The translations under genes were made by a program, and so were the position numbers. Shown piece after piece: positions 19,092 through 30,702 of a stretch of DNA of 38,596 nt (positions are counted from its first letter, which is position 1; each line of letters begins with the position of its first letter). Source of the DNA: Corallococcus exiguus (GTDB lineage: Bacteria; Myxococcota; Myxococcia; Myxococcales; Myxococcaceae); NCBI GenBank assembly GCA_012985245.1, contig JABELA010000052.1:1-38596 (forward strand), read 5' to 3'. Under the pieces are notes generated by a model that saw only the letters and a list, made by a program, of their open reading frames with translations, made no database searches and was not told the origin of the DNA.

Positions 19092-22000
19092 CTACCGGCG
19101 CGCCTTGCGAGCCGGCTTGCCCCGAGTGGTCTTCTTCGCCGCGGCCTTCTTCGCGGCGGTCTTCTTCCCCGCCGCCTTCTTCGCCGAAGCCTTCTTCGCA
19201 GGAGCCTTCTTCACCGCCGCCTTCTTCGCGGCCGTCTTCTTGCCCGCTGCCTTCTTCGCGGAAGCCTTCTTCGCAGGGGCCTTCTTCGCGGCGGACTTCT
19301 TGCTCGCCGCCTTCTTCGCGGAGGCCTTCTTCACCGCCGCCTTCTTCGCGGAGGCCTTCTTCGCAGGGGCCTTCTTCACCGCCGCCTTCTTCGCGGAGGC
19401 CTTCTTCGTCGGAGCCTTCTTCACCGGCTTCGCCGAGCCCTCCGGCGCCTCGCGGGCGTCGCCGCCCTCCTTGGCCCGGTCGAACTCGCGCATCGCGTCG
19501 TCCACGAGGCCCATGCTCATGTACGCGACGCCCAGGTCGTGGTGGTCCGCCGGGGACAGTCCTTCCTTGGTGCCCTCGCGCAGCTTGTTGAGGGCCTCCT
19601 CCACCATCGGATCCGCGGCCTGGGGCGCCTGCGAAGCCTCTTCGGCTTCAATCTCGCCCTTCAGCTCCTGGCCCAGGTTCACCGCTTCGTCCTTCGGTGC
19701 CTGCGGCTCGGTGGCCACCTTCACCTGGGCGCTCTCAGGCGCGAGGGACTCGGACGCTTCAGGGGCTTCGGACTCGGTGCTGCCCGGCAACGGCGACGGC
19801 GTCTCGGACATGGGGGGCTCCGGGGCGATGCGCTGGAAGTGATCCTGCAGCTTGACCGTGCGCTCCTGGAGCTCCGCCACCCGGGCCTTGTCCTTCTCCA
19901 CCACGTCCGGCGGAGCACGGGCCACGAAGTTCGGGTTGTCCAGCTTGCGCTGCAAACCGGTGAGTTCCTGCTCGGAGCGGACGATCTCCTTCTTCAGGCG
20001 CTCGCGCTCCGCGTCCAGGTCCACCAGGCCCGCCAGGGGCACGTAGATTTCCAGGTTGCCGCTCACGAACGCCGCCGCCTGCGGAGGCTTGGCGCCCGGG
20101 GGGCCCACCACCACCTCGGACAGGCCCGCGAGCGGCATCAGGTACGCGCGCCAACGCTCCAACAGCTCGCGCGTCGTCGCGTCCGGGCTCTGCACCACCG
20201 CCTTCACCTTGGCGGACGGCGGCAGGTTGCTCTCGCCGCGCAGCGTGCGCAGGCCCTCGATGGCCGCGATGACCGGCGCCATCTCGCCTTCCGCGGCCGC
20301 GTCCACCCACGCCGTCTCCGGCGCCGGGTAGGCCGCGATGCAGATGCTCTCCGTGGGCCGGGACATCGGCAACTTCTGCCAGATCTCCTCGGTGATGAAC
20401 GGCATGAACGGGTGCATCAGCCGCAGGATGCGGTCCAGGCACGTCACCAGCACCGCGCGCGTGGTGTCCTTGGCCTCCGCGTCGTCGCCGTACAACGAGC
20501 CCTTCGCCAGCTCGATGTACCAATCGCAGAACTCCGCCCACAGGAACTGGTACAGCGTGGACGCGGCCTCCGCGAAGCCGAACGCCTCCAGCGACGCGCG
20601 CGTCTCCTCGGTGGCCTTCTGCAGGCGGGAGAGGATCCACCGGTCCGCCAGCGTCAGCTTGCGGCCCTCCAGCGGCGTCTTGTCCAGGCTGAAGTCGCCC
20701 ATGTTCATCAGGGCGAAGCGGCTGGCGTTCCACAGCTTGTTGCAGAACGCCTTGTAGCCACCCAGGCGGTCCATCGACAGCTTGATGTCACGGCCCTGCT
20801 GCGTGAGCGACGCCAACGTGAAGCGCAGCGCGTCCGCGCCGTGCGCGGGCATGCCCTGCGGGAAGCGGTTGCGCAAGGACGGCTGCAGCGACTCCGCCTT
20901 CGCGCCGAGGATGACGTCCAGGGGATCGATGACGTTCCCCTTCGTCTTGGACATCTTCTCGCCCTTCTCGTCGCGCACCATCGCGTGCAGGTACACGGTG
21001 CGGAAGGGCACGTCGTTCATGAAGTGCAGGCCCATCATCATCATCCGGGCGACCCAGAAGAAGATGATGTCGTGGCCCGTCTCCATCACGGACGTCGGGT
21101 AGAAGGTCTGGAGATCCGCCGTCTGCTTCGGCCAGCCCAGCGTGGAGAACGGCCACAGCGCGGACGAGAACCAGGTGTCCAGCACGTCCGGATCCTGCGT
21201 CAGCTCCTTGCCGCCGCACTTCGGGCAGGACTCCGGCGCCGTGCGCGACACGATGACGTCCGCCGTGTCCTTCGAGCGCTCTTCCGCCGGGGTGCACGCC
21301 GCGCAGTACCACGCCGGAATCTGGTGGCCCCACCACAGCTGGCGGCTCACGCACCAGTCGTGGATGTTGTTCATCCAGTGGAAGTACGTGTTCGTCCACG
21401 ACTCGGGGACGAACTTGGTGCGGCCCTCCTCCACGGCCTGGATGGCCGGCTTCGCCAGGGGTTCGATCTTGATGAACCACTGCGGCGACAGGCGCGGCTC
21501 CACCACCGTGGTGCAGCGCTGGCAGGTGCCCACGTTCAGCTTGTGCGGCTCCTCCTTCTCCAGCAGGCCCAGCTCCGTCAGGTCCGCCAGCACCTGCGTG
21601 CGCGCCTCCCGGCTCTCCAGGCCCGCGTACTTGCCGGTGTCCTTCGTCATCCGCGCCGCTTCGTCCAGGATGGACAGCATCGGCAGCTTGTGGCGCAGGC
21701 CCGTCTGGTAGTCGTTGAAGTCGTGCGCGGGCGTGACCTTCACCACGCCGGTGCCGAACTCCATGTTCACCAGCTCGCCGTCCGCGATGACCGGAATCTC
21801 ACGGTCGGTGAGCGGCAGCGCCACGCTCTTGCCGATGAGGTCCTGGTAGCGCGGATCCTCCGGGTGCACGGCGACGGCCGTGTCGCCCAGCAGCGTCTCC
21901 GGGCGCGTCGTGGCCACGGTGAGGAAGCGCTCCGTGCCCTTCACCGGGTAGCGGATGTGCCAGAGCGAGCCGTTCTTCTCCTCGTGCTCCACTTCCAGGT

Positions 22001-22571
22001 CGGAGAGGGCCGTGCGGCAGGACGGGCACCAGTTGATCAGCTTCTGGGCCCGGTACATCAGGCCCTCTTCGTACAGCCGGACGAACACCTCGCGCACCGC
22101 GGCCGAGGACTGCTCGTCCATGGTGAAGCGCTCGCGGCTCCAGTCCAGGGACGCGCCCAGGTAGCGGTGCTGCTCACCGATGCGCGCGCCGAACTTGCCC
22201 TTCCACGTCCAGACGCGCTCGAGGAACGCCTCGCGGCCCAGGTCGTGGCGGCTCTTGCCCTCCGTCTTCTTGAGCTCCTTCTCCACCACCATCTGCGTGG
22301 CGATGCCCGCGTGGTCCGTGCCCGGCAGCCAGAGCGCGTTGAAGCCGCTCATCCGCTTCCAGCGCGTGAGGATGTCCTGGATGGTCGCGGTGAGCGCGTG
22401 GCCGATGTGCAGGCTGCCCGTCACGTTGGGCGGCGGCAGCACGATGCTGAACGGCGGCTTGGAGGAAGGGGCTTCGGCGCGGAAGTAGTCGCGCTCCAGC
22501 CAGTGGTTGTACCACCGCGCCTCCACTTCGGAGGGCTCGTAGGCCTTGGACAGTTCAGTCGTGTCAGTCAT
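19092..22571 (-). CDS. valS: Valyl-tRNA synthetase with C-terminal Lys/Ala-rich histone-H1-like extension
   Basis: Class I HIGH ([14 protein letters not shown]) and KMSKS (KMSKTKGN) motifs. CP1 editing and anticodon-binding regions are present, followed by a C-terminal coiled coil. An additional ~250 aa follows: an acidic segment, a TPR-like helix pair, and roughly 25 AKKA/KKAA repeats. Confidence 0.92.
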   Translation of the reverse strand: MTDTTELSKAYEPSEVEARWYNHWLERDYFRAEAPSSKPPFSIVLPPPNVTGSLHIGHALTATIQDILTRWKRMSGFNALWLPGTDHAGIATQMVVEKELKKTEGKSRHDLGREAFLERVWTWKGKFGARIGEQHRYLGASLDWSRERFTMDEQSSAAVREVFVRLYEEGLMYRAQKLINWCPSCRTALSDLEVEHEEKNGSLWHIRYPVKGTERFLTVATTRPETLLGDTAVAVHPEDPRYQDLIGKSVALPLTDREIPVIADGELVNMEFGTGVVKVTPAHDFNDYQTGLRHKLPMLSILDEAARMTKDTGKYAGLESREARTQVLADLTELGLLEKEEPHKLNVGTCQRCTTVVEPRLSPQWFIKIEPLAKPAIQAVEEGRTKFVPESWTNTYFHWMNNIHDWCVSRQLWWGHQIPAWYCAACTPAEERSKDTADVIVSRTAPESCPKCGGKELTQDPDVLDTWFSSALWPFSTLGWPKQTADLQTFYPTSVMETGHDIIFFWVARMMMMGLHFMNDVPFRTVYLHAMVRDEKGEKMSKTKGNVIDPLDVILGAKAESLQPSLRNRFPQGMPAHGADALRFTLASLTQQGRDIKLSMDRLGGYKAFCNKLWNASRFALMNMGDFSLDKTPLEGRKLTLADRWILSRLQKATEETRASLEAFGFAEAASTLYQFLWAEFCDWYIELAKGSLYGDDAEAKDTTRAVLVTCLDRILRLMHPFMPFITEEIWQKLPMSRPTESICIAAYPAPETAWVDAAAEGEMAPVIAAIEGLRTLRGESNLPPSAKVKAVVQSPDATTRELLERWRAYLMPLAGLSEVVVGPPGAKPPQAAAFVSGNLEIYVPLAGLVDLDAERERLKKEIVRSEQELTGLQRKLDNPNFVARAPPDVVEKDKARVAELQERTVKLQDHFQRIAPEPPMSETPSPLPGSTESEAPEASESLAPESAQVKVATEPQAPKDEAVNLGQELKGEIEAEEASQAPQAADPMVEEALNKLREGTKEGLSPADHHDLGVAYMSMGLVDDAMREFDRAKEGGDAREAPEGSAKPVKKAPTKKASAKKAAVKKAPAKKASAKKAAVKKASAKKAASKKSAAKKAPAKKASAKKAAGKKTAAKKAAVKKAPAKKASAKKAAGKKTAAKKAAAKKTTRGKPARKARR
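19095..19440. repeat. Tandem 12/24-nt repeats (gccttcttcgcg-type) encoding the KKA tail of ValRS
   Basis: Repeated gccgccttcttcgcggaggccttcttcgcaggggccttcttc units are visible in the DNA. Confidence 0.8.
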
Positions 22572-22624
22572 TGCAAGCGGCCGGCCCCCGACGGGGCCGG
22601 CGGGGAATCAGAGGGGACTGCGAA

Positions 22625-23887
22625 TCAATGCTGGGTCTCGCGGTCCTTGATGAGCCGCTCCAGCTCTTCCCGGATGATGGTCTCCGCCAGCTGCGGAACG
22701 ACCTCCCAGGCAATCTTCTCGATGACCTCGCGGGACGCCTTCGACAGCGCCTCGCGCAGCAGCGCCTCTCCGCCATCCGCGGCCGGACGGGCGCGCGAGG
22801 GAGGAGTCGCCGGCGAGGGGCCGCCGATGTCCAGGGAGATCTCCTCCGCGCCGCTGGGCTCGGGCAGCGAGTCCTCGATGCGGATGCTCTCCGTGCGGGC
22901 CTGCGCCGCGGGCGGGGCGGCCGGAGCGCCCAGCCCGAACGGATCCCGGGCACGGGCGGCCGGAGGCACCGCGGCGGGCGGGGGCGCGGACGGCAGCGGC
23001 GCGGCGCCCGGAGGACGCGGGAAGCCGCCCGGGATGTTCGGGGCGCCAGGGCCCGGAGGACGCGCGGCCATGCCCGGAGGCGGCGCACCCGGCGGACGCG
23101 CGCCCGGAGGCACGGCACCCGGAGGAGGACGCGCACCCGGCGGCATGGCGCCCGGAGGCGGCGCACCCGGAGGACGCGCGCCCATGCCCGGAGGCGGCGC
23201 ACCCGGCGGAGGACGTGCACCCGGCGGCATGGCGCCCGGAGGCGGCGCACCCGGAGGACGCGCGCCCGGAGGAACAGCGCCCGGCAGCGGACGCGCCGCA
23301 CCCGGAGGAGGAGGCACACCAGCGCCCGGAGGACGCGCGCCCGGAGGCACGGCACCCGGAGGAGGACGCGCACCCGGCGGCATGGCGCCCGGAGGCGGCG
23401 CACCCGCGGGACGCGCACCCGGCGGCACGGCGGCGGCGGGCGGCGGGCTGACCGGAGCGCTCGGGGCGGAGGTCTGGGGCAGAATGCGCGTCGCGGCGGA
23501 CGCGGGCATCGTGTTGGACTTCTGGCCCACCAGCGCCTTCACCTTGTCGAGGAGGATCTGGCTCTCGAAGGGCTTGGTGATGTGGTCATCCGCCCGGGCG
23601 GCCTTCGCGCGGTTCTCGTCGAACGCCTCGAAGGTGCCGGCGAGCAGCAGCACCGGGATGGCCTGCGTGGAGGGGTCGCCCTTGAGCGCCTCGCAGACCT
23701 CGTAGCCGCTCTTGCCCGGCATCATCACGTCGGCGAGCACCACGTCCGGACGCAGCTCGCGCGTGCGGGAGATGGCGTCCAGCCCGTTGTCCACCGCGGT
23801 CACCTGGAAGTCTTCCGTCGCGAAGATCATCCCGATCACCTTGCGGATGGTGAGCGAGTCGTCGGCGATCAGTAGATTCTTGGGCAT
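22625..23887 (-). CDS. romR: Response regulator with N-terminal receiver domain, long Pro/Ala/Gly-rich linker and conserved acidic C-terminal domain (RomR-like)
   Basis: Receiver domain: LLIADDSLTIRKVIGMIFATEDFQVTAVDNGLDAI...DVVLADVMMPGKSGYEVC...KPF, with Asp and Lys in the expected positions. The ~170-aa PPGARPPGAxPPG repeat linker and the Glu-rich C-terminal domain match the RomR architecture. The start was chosen at MPKNLLIADD; the ORF is open upstream to 23971. Confidence 0.7.
   Translation of the reverse strand: MPKNLLIADDSLTIRKVIGMIFATEDFQVTAVDNGLDAISRTRELRPDVVLADVMMPGKSGYEVCEALKGDPSTQAIPVLLLAGTFEAFDENRAKAARADDHITKPFESQILLDKVKALVGQKSNTMPASAATRILPQTSAPSAPVSPPPAAAVPPGARPAGAPPPGAMPPGARPPPGAVPPGARPPGAGVPPPPGAARPLPGAVPPGARPPGAPPPGAMPPGARPPPGAPPPGMGARPPGAPPPGAMPPGARPPPGAVPPGARPPGAPPPGMAARPPGPGAPNIPGGFPRPPGAAPLPSAPPPAAVPPAARARDPFGLGAPAAPPAAQARTESIRIEDSLPEPSGAEEISLDIGGPSPATPPSRARPAADGGEALLREALSKASREVIEKIAWEVVPQLAETIIREELERLIKDRETQH
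22950..23460. repeat. Degenerate tandem repeats (cccggaggacgcgcgcccggaggc...) encoding the Pro-rich linker
   Basis: A visible DNA periodicity of roughly 24–27 nt encoding PPGARPPGA units. Confidence 0.7.
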
Positions 23888-24004
23888 CGGCTCCGGCCTC
23901 GGGGGGCGCATACCCCCCTGAATTCGTTTGAGATTTCGGGCGAGCAAGCCTGCCTGCACGCCCTGTGTCAATCGGAGAAGCTTAGGATTCGCGCGTTGGG
24001 CCGA

Positions 24005-24817
24005 TCAAGAAAACATGCGCTGCAGGTCCAGTAACATCACCGGATCCGGCAGCCCCGGCGCCCGGAACGTTCCGGGAAGCTCGGCCGGCTTGAACTTCTG
24101 CAGCACACCCAGCACCCGGTTGGCCGCCAGCCCCACGTTCCGCCCCGCCATTTCCGTGAGGACGAACAACTCCTCCGCCTGGGCCGGCGCACCCAGCAGC
24201 GCTGGAATCGAACAGATGGGCCATAGCGCCTGCGCGTGGGGATAGACGCCCGCCACCGGCCCGCTCTGCACCGGGAGGACGCTGAACGCCTCGCCCCGGG
24301 GTACCACCTGGGAGACGCAACCCAGCGGGACGCCGAACAGCACCCCCTGGGACTCCAGCACCAGCGCCCGCTCAGGGGGCTCGTCCGCATAGTGCACGGG
24401 CCGGGGCTCTGGCGGGGTCGCCCGGGGGCCCGCCCGGTGCGGCAGCGCCTCCACGATGAGCTCCAGGTACAGCCGGTCCTTGTGCAGCACCGCGCCCCGG
24501 CTCAGCGGCGCCAGCGAGTCCGCCAGTCCCGGAGGCAGCAGGAAGAACGGATCCCTCGCGACGTCCGCGACCTCCACCACGGCGCGCACCCGCACCGCGA
24601 GCGTGGGGCTGACGTCCAGGACCACCACCATGCCCGGCACTTCCTCAGGCAGGCCGCCGAGCAACGCGGCGAGGTCCTTCACTTCCAGTACGCCGCGCAG
24701 ACTCGCGCCGCGAGCGCCCGGCATCGCGACCTCGATGACGGAGGTGGCCTCCACCGCGTAGCGCGTCTCTCCGGCCTCCACCAGCAGGCAGAGCCGCCGT
24801 CCGCTTTCAAAGGGCAC
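24005..24817 (-). CDS. Tandem CheW-like domain protein (chemosensory coupling protein)
   Basis: Two ~130-aa segments with the CheW-like pattern (RRLCLLVEAGETRYAVEATSVIEV...; ELFVLTEMAGRNVGLAANRVLGV...), including hydrophobic β-strand signatures. No kinase motifs. Confidence 0.6.
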   Translation of the reverse strand: MPFESGRRLCLLVEAGETRYAVEATSVIEVAMPGARGASLRGVLEVKDLAALLGGLPEEVPGMVVVLDVSPTLAVRVRAVVEVADVARDPFFLLPPGLADSLAPLSRGAVLHKDRLYLELIVEALPHRAGPRATPPEPRPVHYADEPPERALVLESQGVLFGVPLGCVSQVVPRGEAFSVLPVQSGPVAGVYPHAQALWPICSIPALLGAPAQAEELFVLTEMAGRNVGLAANRVLGVLQKFKPAELPGTFRAPGLPDPVMLLDLQRMFS

Positions 24818-24849
24818 GGCCCGGGACCCTAGCAGCCTTCCAGCGTTGG

Positions 24850-26259
24850 GTGCTAAGCCCTGAAACAGTCATGGCGCGACTGCTCCTCGTCGACGACGAA
24901 AAGATCGCCCGCAATCTCTACGGCGACTACCTCACGGCCGCGGGACACCTGGTCACGGCGGTGCCCACCGTGGCGGACGCGAAGGCCGCCCTCTCCGCGG
25001 CGCGGTTCGACGCGGTGGTGACGGACCTCATCCTCCCCGGCGGCGACGGCATGGAAGTGCTTCGCCACGTGCGCGAGCGCTACCCCGGCGTGGAGGTGCT
25101 GGTCATCACCGGCCTGGACAAGGTGGCCCCCGCGGTGCGCGCCATCAAGAGCGGCGCGGCGGAGTACCTGGTCAAGCCCGTGGCGCCGGAGGCCCTGGAA
25201 CACGCGCTGCGCCGCGCGCTCACCACGCGCGACCTGATGCGTGAGAACGCGTCCCTGCGCCAGCACGTCGCGCTGCTGGAGGCGGGCCAGCGCATCGCCA
25301 CCACGCTCGACCGCGAGCGGCTGTCCACGGCCGCGTCGGACGCGCTGGAGTCCATGGCCAACGCCTCCGCGGTGATGCTCCTGGAGCGGGACCCCGGCGG
25401 CACGGGCTTCCGCTCGCACGGCATGCGCGGGCTGCCGGTGGACCTGCACGAGGCGCTCGTCCCGCTGCTCATCGAGCGGCTTTCGGGCACGCGCACGCAG
25501 GTGGAGCTCGACGGACTTCAAGTTCCCTGGCCGCGCACCCTCTCCTTCCCCGCCGTGGACGGCGAGTTGGTGCTGGGCCACGCGGTGCTCTTCCACGACA
25601 ACGCGCCCGCGGAGCACCACGCGGAGACCGTGGGCTTCCTCGTGCGCAACTGGGCGCTGGCCCTGCGCAACCTGGGCCGCTTCGCCGCCGTGGAGGACCT
25701 GGCCTACGTCGATGATCTCACCCGCCTGTTCAACACGCGCTACCTGCACCTGGTGCTGGACCGCGAGGTGAACGAGGCCCTCCAGACGGAGCGCCCCTTC
25801 TCCCTGCTGTTCCTGGACCTGGACCGCTTCAAGGCCATCAACGACACGCACGGGCACCTGGTGGGCTCGCGGGTGCTGGTGGAGGCCGCGCGCGTGCTCA
25901 AGGGCTGCGTGCGCGACCCGGACGTGGTGGCGCGCTTCGGCGGCGACGAGTACGTGGTGCTCCTGCGCGGCACGGACTCCGGCGGGGCCCTCAAGGTCGC
26001 CGAGCGCATCCGCCGCACCATGGAGACCCATCAGTTCCTGGGCCGCGAGGGGCTGGCGCTCAAGCTCACCACCTGCATCGGCGTGGCCAGCTTCCCGGAG
26101 CATGCCCAGGACAAGGACCACCTGCTGGACCTGTCCGACCGGGCCATGTACCGGGGCAAGCGCGGCACCCGGAACGTCGTCTACATGGCGGCGCAGGACC
26201 TGGAAGCCACCCCGGCCGAGCGCCGTCAGAATCCCCCGCCCCCGCAGGGCCAGGGCTGA
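24850..26259 (+). CDS. Response-regulator diguanylate cyclase (REC–GAF-like–GGDEF)
   Basis: REC domain: LLLVDDE...VVTDLILPGGDGMEVL...VITG...KP. C-terminal GGDEF domain with an RxxD-like I-site and the GGDEY variant (VARFGGDEYVVLL); the DLDRFKAINDTHGH segment is typical of GGDEF. Confidence 0.85.
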   Translation: MLSPETVMARLLLVDDEKIARNLYGDYLTAAGHLVTAVPTVADAKAALSAARFDAVVTDLILPGGDGMEVLRHVRERYPGVEVLVITGLDKVAPAVRAIKSGAAEYLVKPVAPEALEHALRRALTTRDLMRENASLRQHVALLEAGQRIATTLDRERLSTAASDALESMANASAVMLLERDPGGTGFRSHGMRGLPVDLHEALVPLLIERLSGTRTQVELDGLQVPWPRTLSFPAVDGELVLGHAVLFHDNAPAEHHAETVGFLVRNWALALRNLGRFAAVEDLAYVDDLTRLFNTRYLHLVLDREVNEALQTERPFSLLFLDLDRFKAINDTHGHLVGSRVLVEAARVLKGCVRDPDVVARFGGDEYVVLLRGTDSGGALKVAERIRRTMETHQFLGREGLALKLTTCIGVASFPEHAQDKDHLLDLSDRAMYRGKRGTRNVVYMAAQDLEATPAERRQNPPPPQGQG

Positions 26260-26273
26260 ACGCCGGACGCGCG

Positions 26274-26663
26274 CTACTTGCGCAGGCTGCCCACGGTGAG
26301 GTGCTTGGGCAGCTCCACTTCCGCGGGCACGCCGCCGCCGCCCTCGCCCACCGCCTCCACCTCTTCGTGAGACGCGCCGGTGGTGATGAGGCGGTACTTC
26401 TGCGACGCCTCGCGGTCGTGCTGGGCCTGCTGCGGATCCAACCGCGCGATGAGCTGCCAGAAGAGGGCCGCGTGCTCGCGCTCCTCGTCCATGACGTGCC
26501 GCAGGATGGCCTTCGCCTCCTCGTTGTCCGTCGCGTCCAGGTGCGCGGCGTAGAGGTTGATGGCGTCCAGCTCCGCCTCGATGTTGAGCCGGATGGAGCG
26601 GGCCAGTTCGGAGTCCGTCAGCTTCCGGGGCACCAGCGAGTGGAACGGGTTCGTCTGCGGCAT
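26274..26663 (-). CDS. encC: Ferritin-like encapsulin cargo protein (EncB/EncC-like) with C-terminal targeting peptide
   Basis: Only the C-terminal 129 codons of the 505-aa track ORF look genuine (start at MPQTNPF). Two ExxH di-iron motifs (EAELDAINLYAAH; DEEREH) on a ~90-aa four-helix half-ferritin. The C-terminal ...ELPKHLTVGSLRK matches the family-1 encapsulin cargo-loading peptide consensus (LTVGSL). The upstream 375 codons of the ORF are antisense to the histidine kinase and look non-coding. Confidence 0.65.
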   Translation of the reverse strand: MPQTNPFHSLVPRKLTDSELARSIRLNIEAELDAINLYAAHLDATDNEEAKAILRHVMDEEREHAALFWQLIARLDPQQAQHDREASQKYRLITTGASHEEVEAVGEGGGGVPAEVELPKHLTVGSLRK

Positions 26664-26819
26664 GAGGACCTCAGCGACAGGGAGGGTTTCCAGCAAGCGA
26701 GCGGGCAACGACGTTCCGTCAGGCCGGGCTGGAGGACGTGCGCGAGCATCCGTTCGGTCGCGAGCGCGGTCAACCGAATCCCGCTGGGGGTGCGTTGCGC
26801 GTGAACACCTGCCTCCGCC

Positions 26820-28349
26820 ATGCTCCCGTGCATGGAGACCCCCTCGCCGCTCGCGCAGCTGCTCCAGGCCCTGGACGCGGGGGACCTGGAGAAGGCACGG
26901 GTCGCGGCCGTGGCGCTGCAACGCGCCAACGCCCATACCCATCAGGTCGCCGCGGAGGTCCTCCATGAGCTGCGTCAGCCCCTCCTGGGCGCGAAGGCCT
27001 ACGCCCAGCTGCTGGCCGAGGAAGGAGGCTCCAGCGGCCCGCTGAAGCTGCTGCTCGCGCAGGTGGAGCGGATGGAGCAGATTGTCTCCGACTTCATCCG
27101 CCTGGCCAGCGAGCGGCCGGCCCCGCAGCAGCGGCTGTCCCTGGCCGCGCCCATCTGGGCGGCGGCGAAGGTGTTCAGCGTCAACCCGGACTCGGCGCGC
27201 ATCTCGCTGGAGGTGGAGGCCCCCGAGGACCTCACCATCCAGGGCAACGCGCGGCTGATTGAGCAGCTCACGCTCAACCTGCTCAACAACGCCCGCGACG
27301 CCATGTCCGGCCGGGGCCGCGTGAAGGTGACGCTCACGCGCGATGGCGCCTCCGCGGCCCTCTACGTTTCCGACTGGGGACCGGGCATCCCGGACGAGCT
27401 GAAGACGCGCATCTTCGAGCCCTACGTCTCCGCCAGCAAACGCGGCACGGGCCTGGGGCTCGCCGTCTGTCGTCGCATCGCGCAGGAGCACCACGCGCAG
27501 GTTGCCCTGGTGCCGCCCACGACGCTGCGCGAGGTGCCGCCCCCGGCCACGGTGTTCCGCGTGCTCTTCCCGCCCACGGACGCGCCGCGCCCGCCGCGCA
27601 AGCGCCTGCTGGTGGTGGACGACGAGGGCATCATCCGGATGGTCTTCAAGGACCTGATGGACAAGGAGTGCGAAGTCATTGAAGCGGCCACGGGCGAGGC
27701 CGCGCTCGAAATCCTCCGCTCGTCGCGCGTGGACCTCATCGTCACGGACAAGAACCTGCCCGGAATCTCCGGCCTGGAGCTGGCCCAGCACGCGAGGAAG
27801 CTGGACCCCGCGTCGCGCGTCATCCTGATGACGGGCTACCCCTCGCTGGTGACGACGCAGCAGGCGCTGCAGCTGGGCCTGGTGGACTACCTGCTCAAGC
27901 CCTTCGACGACATCCGACAGGTGCGCGCGCTGCTGCGGCAGGCGCTGTACACGCCGGCCGCGCCGCCTGTCCCCGCCCCCAGCGCTGGCGTGCGCCGGGT
28001 GGACGTGCTGGAGGACAACCCGGCCACCGCGCGGCTGATTTCAGAGGCGCTGACGCTGCTGGGCCTGGAGGCGCGCGTCGTCGCGGGCGCGGAGGTGGCC
28101 ACCATGGATCCGCCCGTGGGCGTGGTGGTGTCTTGGGACTTCGCGCCGGCCTACGGCAAGAAGGCGCTGGAGCTGGCCCGGGCCCTGAGCCAGGGCGCGC
28201 CCTTCGTTGTCCTGGCCGAGCACCTCACCATGGACACGGCGCTGGCGTCGCTGCGCGCCGGGGCCGCCGCGTGCCTGCCCAAGCTGCTCTCCGACACCAC
28301 GGCGCTCAGCCGCGAGCTGGGCCTGGCCTTCAAGAAGACCGCTTCCTGA
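26820..28349 (+). CDS. Hybrid sensor histidine kinase with C-terminal receiver domain(s)
   Basis: H-box LHELRQPLLGAKAY. N-box NLLNNARDA. G-boxes DWGPGIP and GTGLGLAVCRRI. REC domain LLVVDDEGIIRM...LIVTDKNLPGISGLEL...ILMTGY...KPF. The distal ~130 aa form a second, degenerate REC-like fold. Confidence 0.85.
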   Translation: MLPCMETPSPLAQLLQALDAGDLEKARVAAVALQRANAHTHQVAAEVLHELRQPLLGAKAYAQLLAEEGGSSGPLKLLLAQVERMEQIVSDFIRLASERPAPQQRLSLAAPIWAAAKVFSVNPDSARISLEVEAPEDLTIQGNARLIEQLTLNLLNNARDAMSGRGRVKVTLTRDGASAALYVSDWGPGIPDELKTRIFEPYVSASKRGTGLGLAVCRRIAQEHHAQVALVPPTTLREVPPPATVFRVLFPPTDAPRPPRKRLLVVDDEGIIRMVFKDLMDKECEVIEAATGEAALEILRSSRVDLIVTDKNLPGISGLELAQHARKLDPASRVILMTGYPSLVTTQQALQLGLVDYLLKPFDDIRQVRALLRQALYTPAAPPVPAPSAGVRRVDVLEDNPATARLISEALTLLGLEARVVAGAEVATMDPPVGVVVSWDFAPAYGKKALELARALSQGAPFVVLAEHLTMDTALASLRAGAAACLPKLLSDTTALSRELGLAFKKTAS

Positions 28350-28434
28350 AAAAGACTCCGGCCCCGGGCGCCCCGCTTTCGCGGAGCCCACCGGGGCCGG
28401 AAACCCTACGAAGCTACGGAGCCGTTACGTCGGC

Positions 28435-30126
<1,692 letters not shown>

Positions 30127-30257
30127 TTAGCACTCGGCCATGTCGAGCGCCAACATAAGGGCCGCATCGACGATGTCAACGGAAAGGGGCAGACGTGTGG
30201 GCCTGAGGACGCCTACTGGCCCGCCCGGGTGGGGGGCCCGGGCTGCCCGGGAAGGCC

Positions 30258-30614
30258 CTACTCCGCGAAGCGCACGAGGTTGAGCAGCTGCCCCATGTCC
30301 AGGGGCTTCTGCAGGGTGATGGCGACGCCCTTGCGCAGGCCCCGGTCGGAGATGTTGGCGTCCGTGCTGGCGGTCATCATCAGGACGGAGATGCGCTGGA
30401 AGCGGGGATCCGCCTTCAGCATCTCCGTGAAGTGGATGCCGTCCAGGTGGGGCATCAGGTAGTCGGTGATGACCAGCCCCACGGGGTGACGCTCCATGAT
30501 GTCCAGGGCCTGGAGCGCGTCCGACGCCGAGAACACGGTGTAGCCATGCATCTCCAGGTAGCGAGAGAGCATGGTGCACAGCTCGTAATCGTCGTCGACG
30601 ACCAGGATGTTCAC
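30258..30614 (-). CDS. Single-domain CheY-like response regulator
   Basis: A 118-aa protein: MNILVVDDD...LVITDYLMPHLDGIHF...MMTAS...QKPLD. The phospho-acceptor Asp and the conserved Thr/Lys are present. Confidence 0.8.
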   Translation of the reverse strand: MNILVVDDDYELCTMLSRYLEMHGYTVFSASDALQALDIMERHPVGLVITDYLMPHLDGIHFTEMLKADPRFQRISVLMMTASTDANISDRGLRKGVAITLQKPLDMGQLLNLVRFAE

Positions 30615-30702
30615 GGGGTTCGGGCCGAAACGGGGCGCTGGAAGGTAACAGCGACGCCGGTCGTTGACAACGCGAAGGACGGCTTCTTAGCTGCCGGCCC
30701 GA

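Noticed and set aside
18285-23705. 1806-aa ORF on the + strand
   Set aside because: It runs exactly antisense to nadC, valS and the romR-like gene. It is Arg/Leu/Gly-rich and low-complexity, typical of stop-codon-poor antisense frames in ~70% GC DNA. The sense-strand genes carry unmistakable motifs.
26664-27791. N-terminal 375 codons of the 505-aa minus-strand ORF
   Set aside because: This part is antisense to the hybrid histidine kinase gene and low-complexity. Only the last 129 codons (the ferritin-like cargo gene) look real.
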